Source: Gammaproteobacteria bacterium (GTDB lineage: Bacteria > Pseudomonadota > Gammaproteobacteria > UBA9214). Taken from it: a DNA stretch of 60,741 bases. The notes under the pieces were generated by a model. It ran no database searches, was not told the origin of the DNA, and saw only the letters and a list, made by a program, of their open reading frames with translations. How positions within the stretch are numbered: the first letter of the stretch is position 1; each line of letters begins with the position of its first letter. Location: NCBI GenBank assembly GCA_029860045.1, contig JAOUBY010000005.1:1-60741 (forward strand). The letters are read 5' to 3'. The translations under genes were made by a program, and so were the position numbers. Positions 55,262 through 60,741 of this stretch are shown here, in pieces.

Positions 55262-55666
55262 CTATTCCGCCAGCTGTACGCTCAAGGCCTGCAGGCCTGC
55301 ACGAATATCCTCGTGCTGCGCGGTAACCAGGCGGGGTATTACACACACTTCGATAAACTTGCCGATAATTTCGCCGTCGTTATTGTGGTGAGTAACCAGC
55401 CACACGCCCGGATAGCGTGTCTCGACAACCTCGCTCGGCCCCAGCGCGGACAGGCGCGCCTGCACCTCGCCACGCCCGAGTTGTTCAGCAATCCGGTCTT
55501 CCTCGCCCGGCCCCATCGGAATACTGCGCAGGTCGATGACCATCTCCTGCCCGCTGTCGAGCAGCTGCTGCAGGGCATGACGCACCTCGTGCAACAGTGG
55601 AATTACATTACCGGTGACGACCTTGCCCGGCGTCGCGCTACAACCACTCTCTGTTTGCGTCTGCAT
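55262..55666 (-). CDS. hupH: HupH/HoxQ-like hydrogenase expression/formation protein
   Basis: LLHEV.HAL..L...IDL..P...LG.GEV...ET..PGVW. Confidence 0.82.
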   Translation of the reverse strand: MQTQTESGCSATPGKVVTGNVIPLLHEVRHALQQLLDSGQEMVIDLRSIPMGPGEEDRIAEQLGRGEVQARLSALGPSEVVETRYPGVWLVTHHNNDGEIIGKFIEVCVIPRLVTAQHEDIRAGLQALSVQLAE

Positions 55667-55675
55667 GGAAATACC

Positions 55676-56203
55676 TCAGCCTGCCGGTGCTGTTGAAGCC
55701 AGCGCGTAATCGGGTGACGGTGCAGAGTGAAGCACCGTCCATTGCCGCAACAGCGCCAGCACTTCGTGCGAGGCACGTGGCAACGCTCGCTTGACCGGGT
55801 TGCTCAGGGTATCTCCCCAGTCGACCTGCTGCGGCTGAATGGCAACCAGTGCGCGGTGGGCGGGCAAGGCCTGCGTGAGATGCGCAATGGCAAGCAGGTC
55901 ACCGAGACTGACCTCGTGTACGCTGCGCTTGGTACGCCCGGCAAAGCGGTCCATGGCGGCGTCTTCAAACACCTGCACTGTGCCGGGGGGGCCCGTTAAC
56001 TCGGCGGCATCGATCACCACCAGGTGATCGGCCTCCTCAATCCATGGGGCCAGCGTGAAGCTCAGCGTACCGCCATCAAGGAACGTGGCATTGGACAGTT
56101 CCGGGCAGTGTTGGCGCAGGTAATCCAGCATGTGCACACCGACGCCCTCGTCCGAGAGCAAGGTGTTACCAATACCCAGAATTAATGTCTTTTTGATTGA
56201 CAT
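55676..56203 (-). CDS. hynD: Hydrogenase maturation endopeptidase (HyaD/HupD family)
   Basis: LILGIGN.LLSDEGVG, DGGT, VIDA, SVHE..L. Confidence 0.92.
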   Translation of the reverse strand: MSIKKTLILGIGNTLLSDEGVGVHMLDYLRQHCPELSNATFLDGGTLSFTLAPWIEEADHLVVIDAAELTGPPGTVQVFEDAAMDRFAGRTKRSVHEVSLGDLLAIAHLTQALPAHRALVAIQPQQVDWGDTLSNPVKRALPRASHEVLALLRQWTVLHSAPSPDYALASTAPAG

Positions 56204-56258
56204 CTAGCCTCCCCTTCGTCCAGAACCTGATTTCTACAGCATGCATATCATGGCTTTA

Positions 56259-56272
56259 TTGACGGAGGTCAA
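56259..56272. promoter_or_regulatory. FNR-type box in the divergent hyn/hyp promoter
   Basis: TTGAC-GGAG-GTCAA. Confidence 0.6.
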
Positions 56273-56357
56273 TTCCGCACCCGATTTTTCATGCTTAATT
56301 AGTCCATCACTTAGAGTTGGTGGTGATCTGGCCATTGTGGCCGCGGGGGTAAATCTG

Positions 56358-56588
56358 ATGTGTCTTGGAATTCCAATGCAAATTCAATCAATTGACGGCT
56401 ATACCGCGCGCTGCGAGGCAAAGGGCGTGCAGCGCGATGTCAGCCTGTTCATGCTGCAGGAAGAGGCGCTCGCCATCGACGACTTCGTGGTGGTACACGT
56501 CGGCTATGCCATCCAGAAGATTACCCCGCAGGAAGCCCGCAGCGCCTGGGAACTGTACGACATCATGCTGGAGTCTCCACATGCATGA
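56358..56588 (+). CDS. hypC: Hydrogenase maturation chaperone HypC
   Basis: MCLGIP..V.VHVGYAI. Confidence 0.95.
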   Translation: MCLGIPMQIQSIDGYTARCEAKGVQRDVSLFMLQEEALAIDDFVVVHVGYAIQKITPQEARSAWELYDIMLESPHA

Positions 56589-56964
56589 ACTAGCCGTTTG
56601 CCAGGCCCTGATTGAGCAAGTCAAATTAGTGGCGCACGAACAGCACGCGCATCGGGTGGTGGAGATCAACATTGACATCGGCCCGCTGTCCGGAGTGGAA
56701 GCGCAGTTGCTGGAGCAGGCCTTCAGCATCGCCAGCGCCGGCACCGTGGCGGACGGGGCGCGATTGATCAGCAAAACCACACCGGTACGCGTAAATTGCC
56801 GCAGCTGCGGCCAGGTCACCGATGCGCTGCCGACACGGCTCATCTGCGCCAACTGCGGCGACTGGCAAACCCGCGTGGTCAGCGGTGATGAGTTGCTGCT
56901 CACCACGGTGGAGGTATCCCGCAACATACCGACGGAAACACCACCAGGAATCACCGAACACTGA
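56581..56964 (+). CDS. hypA: Nickel metallochaperone HypA
   Basis: MHELAVC, G.LSGVE, CRSC, CANC, SGDEL. Confidence 0.95.
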   Translation: MHELAVCQALIEQVKLVAHEQHAHRVVEINIDIGPLSGVEAQLLEQAFSIASAGTVADGARLISKTTPVRVNCRSCGQVTDALPTRLICANCGDWQTRVVSGDELLLTTVEVSRNIPTETPPGITEH

Positions 56965-56982
56965 ATTATCCAAGGAGTCCCC

Positions 56983-57780
56983 ATGTGCGATACCTGCGGC
57001 TGTAACGTGACCCATGGCAATGCCCATTTGCTACAACCGGGAGGCAAGCTGGAGCGAACCGACAGCGGTCATGAGTCCGTCTCGGTACTGCGCAACCTGC
57101 TTGCTGAAAATGACCACACTGCGGGTCATAATCGCCAACACTTTGACAGGCATGGTGTGCTGGCTATCAATCTGATGTCCTCGCCGGGTTCCGGCAAGAC
57201 CGCGCTGCTGGAGGCAACCATTGACGCGCTGGGCAAGGAACTCGCCATCGCGGTGATCGAGGGAGACCTGGAAACCGAAAACGATGCAGAGCGCATTCGC
57301 CGCCACGGCGTCAAGGCAATCCAGATCACCACCGGCAGCGCCTGTCATCTGGATGCCCACATGGTGCATGATGCGCTGCACCGGCTCGACCTGGGGCAGC
57401 TGGACATCGTGTTTATCGAGAACGTCGGCAACCTGGTGTGCCCGGCCAGCTTTGACCTCGGCCAGCATCACAACGTCACACTGCTGTCGGTGCCGGAAGG
57501 GGACGACAAACCGGCCAAGTACCCGGTCATGTTCCGCAGCGCCGACCTGGTGCTGCTAAGCAAGAGTGACCTGCTGCCGGTGCTGGATGATTTTCAGCCG
57601 TCCAATGCACGCCGGCATCTGCAGGCACTGGCCAGCAGTGCGCCCATTATCGAAATTTCCTCAAAGACCGGTGCCGGCATGGACGCATGGCTGCACTGGC
57701 TGCTGGAAGAAACGGCGGCACTGGAACACCGTATCGGGGCAATTGACCCGACGACCGCTACCAGCATGCCCGCCCCATGA
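56983..57780 (+). CDS. hypB: Nickel insertion GTPase HypB
   Basis: MCDTCGC, SSPGSGKT, CHLDA, ENVGNLVCPA, EGDDKP.KYP. Confidence 0.96.
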   Translation: MCDTCGCNVTHGNAHLLQPGGKLERTDSGHESVSVLRNLLAENDHTAGHNRQHFDRHGVLAINLMSSPGSGKTALLEATIDALGKELAIAVIEGDLETENDAERIRRHGVKAIQITTGSACHLDAHMVHDALHRLDLGQLDIVFIENVGNLVCPASFDLGQHHNVTLLSVPEGDDKPAKYPVMFRSADLVLLSKSDLLPVLDDFQPSNARRHLQALASSAPIIEISSKTGAGMDAWLHWLLEETAALEHRIGAIDPTTATSMPAP

Positions 57781-58904
57781 CCGCACTCAGCGCCGCAGAC
57801 TGGCTTGCACGGATCCATGCGCTGGACTTGCCGGAGCGCGTGCGCATTATGAATGTCTGCGGCGGACACGAACGCTCCATTACCATGTCAGGGCTGCGCC
57901 ATGCCCTGCCCGACAACATCGAGTTGATTCCCGGACCCGGCTGCCCGGTATGTATCTGTCCCGAGGAAGACATCTACGAGGCCATCCAGTTGGCCCTGAA
58001 CGAAAATGTCATCCTGGTCGCCTACGGTGACATGCTACGCGTCCCGGTAAACGTACCGCGCGCACAGGCGCGCTCACTGGAGGCCGCACGCACACAGGGC
58101 GCCGATATTCGCCCGGTAGCCTCGCCTACCGAGGCGGCATGCATTGCCCGTGACAATCCGCACCAGCCAGTGGTCTTCTTTGCCGCCGGTTTTGAAACAA
58201 CCACTGCCCCAACCGCTGCGCTGCTGGTTGAAGGCGCGCCGGACAACCTGTTCATCCTGTTGTCCGGACGCCTGACCTGGCCGGCCGTCGCCATGCTGCT
58301 CGACTCCGGTGCCCCCGGGTTTGATGCGCTGGTGGCGCCCGGCCATGTCGCCACCATCATGGGGCCGGAAGAATGGGAGTTTGTCGTCGACAAGCACGGC
58401 ATCCCGGCCGCCGTGGCCGGCTTTACAGCGGAGAGCCTGCTGGCGGCGATGTACTCCACGCTGCGGCAACGCATCGAGGGCCGCTGTTTCCTGGACAACT
58501 GCTATCCCGAGGTGGTGCGCACGGGTGGCAACCGCCTTGCGCAGCAACACATCCGGCACAGCATGGATGTCGGCGATGCCAACTGGCGCGGTGTCGGCGT
58601 GATCCCGGACTCCGGGTTCACGCTCAGGGAAGACTGCAAGGCACACGATGCACGCGTGCACTTCCCGTCCTATGCCGATGACGCACGCAAGCGTGCCGGT
58701 GAAATGCCACCGGGCTGTGATTGTGCAAAAGTGGTGCTGGGCAGGATTTATCCCAATGAATGCCGGCTGTTCGGCGTGGCCTGTCAGCCGCGCCACCCGA
58801 TCGGGCCCTGCATGGTGTCAGATGAAGGTGCCTGCCGCATCTGGTGGTCAGGCGGCATGCGCGAACCGGCCAATACCTCGCAACGCGCACACACGGCAAC
58901 ATGA
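57777..58904 (+). CDS. hypD: Hydrogenase maturation protein HypD
   Basis: VCGGH, GPGCPVC, GFETT, PGHV, GPCMVS.EGAC. Confidence 0.95.
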   Translation: MTALSAADWLARIHALDLPERVRIMNVCGGHERSITMSGLRHALPDNIELIPGPGCPVCICPEEDIYEAIQLALNENVILVAYGDMLRVPVNVPRAQARSLEAARTQGADIRPVASPTEAACIARDNPHQPVVFFAAGFETTTAPTAALLVEGAPDNLFILLSGRLTWPAVAMLLDSGAPGFDALVAPGHVATIMGPEEWEFVVDKHGIPAAVAGFTAESLLAAMYSTLRQRIEGRCFLDNCYPEVVRTGGNRLAQQHIRHSMDVGDANWRGVGVIPDSGFTLREDCKAHDARVHFPSYADDARKRAGEMPPGCDCAKVVLGRIYPNECRLFGVACQPRHPIGPCMVSDEGACRIWWSGGMREPANTSQRAHTAT

Positions 58905-58905
58905 C

Positions 58906-60741
58906 ATGTCAACTTCGGCCACCAGTCTCTCCGCTGTCACACCTGAGGCCCTGCGCCTGCAGGTCAGCGGACAGGTACAGGGTGTCGGATTTCGCCCGTT
59001 CGTCTATCAGCTCGCGCAGGCACTTGGCCTGACCGGCTGGGTACGCAACCGCGTCGGACTGGTGGAAATTCACATCCAGGGCGAACGCGGCACACTGCAA
59101 AGTTTCATGCGCCGACTGTTTGAAAACGCCCCGCCGCTGGCCAGGCCGCAACTGGACAACTGCATGGCCGCGACAACCGCGGACCTGCAGGACTTCCGGA
59201 TTCGCACCAGCTCCGCCCTCGGGCCACGGCGCATTCATATCCCGGTTGACCTGTACACCTGCGATGATTGTCTTGGTGAACTCGAGGATCCGGGGAACCG
59301 GCGCTATCACTACCCGTTTATCAATTGCACCCAGTGTGGCCCGCGCTACACGCTGATACGCAGCATGCCCTATGATCGTCCCGCGACGACCATGGGCGGA
59401 TTTACCCTGTGTGCACAGTGTGAGGCGGAATACTGGCTGCCATCCAACCGGCGTTTTCATGCCGAGCCGGTGGCCTGTCCGGAGTGCGGGCCGTCACTGG
59501 AATTTCATCATGGCGACACCCGCATACATGGCAATGATACTGCGCTCGCAGCAACACTCGCCGCCCTGCGCGCTGGTCAGACTATCGCGATCAAGGGTAT
59601 CGGTGGTTATCACCTCATGTGCGATGCCCGTAATGACCGGGCCATACAGCAACTGCGTACCAGCAAGCCGCGCCCGGACAAGCCGCTGGCGGTAATGTTG
59701 CCGGCGCCGGTCAGCAGGCCGCTGCGATGTGCCAACAACCTGGTATGGCTGTCACGCGACGAGGCCGATCTGCTGCTCTCGCCGCAACGCCCGATCGTAC
59801 TGGCGCGCAAGAAACCGGGCGGCAATGTCTCTGGGCTGGCCGCCCCCGGTCTCGGGGAAATCGGTGTCATGCTGCCTTACAGCCCGCTGCACCACCTGTT
59901 ACTGAATGCATTCGGCGCTCCACTGGTGGCAACCTCTGCCAACATCAGCGGCGAACCGGTGCTGACCGAAAATAGCCAGGTTGAGGACCGGCTTGCACAT
60001 GTCACCGAATGTTTCCTGCATCACAACCGTCCGATTGCGCGCCCGGCAGACGACCCCGTGTATCGCGTCATCCAGGACCGGCCGCGCCTGCTGCGTGGCG
60101 GGCGTGGCTGTGCACCGCTGGAGTACACACTGCCATTTAACCTGCAGCAACCGGTGCTCGCTGTTGGCGGACACATGAAGAACACGGTGGCGCTGGCCTG
60201 GGAAAATCGTATCGTTGTCTCACCGCACATTGGTGATATGGGCAACGCGCGTAGCCTCACGGTATTCAAACAAACCGTTCAGGACCTGCAAACGCTTTAC
60301 CAGGTAGATGCGGCCATCGCGCTGTGTGATGCGCATCCGGGTTATGCAACATCACGCTGGGCAGACACCTGCGGCCTGCCGGTGCAACGCGTATTGCACC
60401 ACCATGCGCATGCCGCGGTCGCCTGTCCGGATGCTGATGCAGCGGCACCTGCGCTGGTGTTTACCTGGGACGGCGTCGGCTATGGGGCAGATGCCACGTT
60501 GTGGGGTGGCGAGGCACTGCTGGGACACCCCGGCCACTGGCAACGTTTTGCCAGCCTGCGGCCATTTTTTCTTCCCGGCGGCGAACGTGCCGGGCGTGAA
60601 CCGTGGCGCAGCGCCGCGGCGCTGTGCTGGGAAACCGGCACATCATGCAATTGCCTGCCCGACAACGCGACACTGGCACAACAGGCCTGGCAACAACGTG
60701 TCAACACACCACAAAGCAGTGCGGCCGGACGACTGTTCGAT
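58906..60741 (+). CDS. hypF: Carbamoyltransferase HypF (3'-truncated by the window)
   Basis: Absent from the ORF track (no stop). MSTSATS..GQVQGVGFRPFVY, zinc fingers (CDDC, NCTQCGPRY, CAQC, CPECGP), KGIGGYHL, HHHAH, DG.GYG, ending ..SAAGRLFD. Confidence 0.95.
   Translation, partial: MSTSATSLSAVTPEALRLQVSGQVQGVGFRPFVYQLAQALGLTGWVRNRVGLVEIHIQGERGTLQSFMRRLFENAPPLARPQLDNCMAATTADLQDFRIRTSSALGPRRIHIPVDLYTCDDCLGELEDPGNRRYHYPFINCTQCGPRYTLIRSMPYDRPATTMGGFTLCAQCEAEYWLPSNRRFHAEPVACPECGPSLEFHHGDTRIHGNDTALAATLAALRAGQTIAIKGIGGYHLMCDARNDRAIQQLRTSKPRPDKPLAVMLPAPVSRPLRCANNLVWLSRDEADLLLSPQRPIVLARKKPGGNVSGLAAPGLGEIGVMLPYSPLHHLLLNAFGAPLVATSANISGEPVLTENSQVEDRLAHVTECFLHHNRPIARPADDPVYRVIQDRPRLLRGGRGCAPLEYTLPFNLQQPVLAVGGHMKNTVALAWENRIVVSPHIGDMGNARSLTVFKQTVQDLQTLYQVDAAIALCDAHPGYATSRWADTCGLPVQRVLHHHAHAAVACPDADAAAPALVFTWDGVGYGADATLWGGEALLGHPGHWQRFASLRPFFLPGGERAGREPWRSAAALCWETGTSCNCLPDNATLAQQAWQQRVNTPQSSAAGRLFD

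Overview
GC-rich (Gammaproteobacteria-like) respiratory region, probably from a chemolithotrophic sulfur oxidiser (inferred from a sulfur-globule protein and a group 1e hydrogenase). Left to right it holds: (1) a PCC3-like trans-envelope multiheme cluster (a >=14-heme repeat cytochrome running off the left edge, a 21-heme cytochrome and a His-rich inner-membrane protein), divergent from a membrane-anchored ferredoxin/FAD-NAD(P) oxidoreductase and a Sel1-ankyrin protein, with CRP-type boxes between them; (2) a candidate FNR-driven ~63-nt sRNA; (3) DUF302/cytochrome c, sulfur-globule and MlaC-like genes; (4) a HerA-like ATPase, patatin, antiporter, CBS and Hsp20 genes; (5) a cytochrome cd1 nitrite reductase cluster (nirCFDLGHJ divergent from nirS, a nirT-nirB fusion, a cupredoxin and nirN); (6) a cytochrome c peroxidase and three hemerythrins; (7) a Tyr-less heme-copper operon (eNOR-type NO reductase) with heme O synthase, SCO and an unusual cytochrome b-ferredoxin-MvhD fusion; (8) LOG/beta-CASP, an ABC exporter, rhomboid and nnrS; (9) hynD-hupH-hynS-isp1-isp2-hynL-hupE and hypCABDF (hypF truncated at the right edge). 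About 13 FNR/DNR-type boxes and two GTAG-REP doublets are visible. No rRNA, tRNA, CRISPR or transposase was recognised. All assignments come from motif reading only; no database searches were run.
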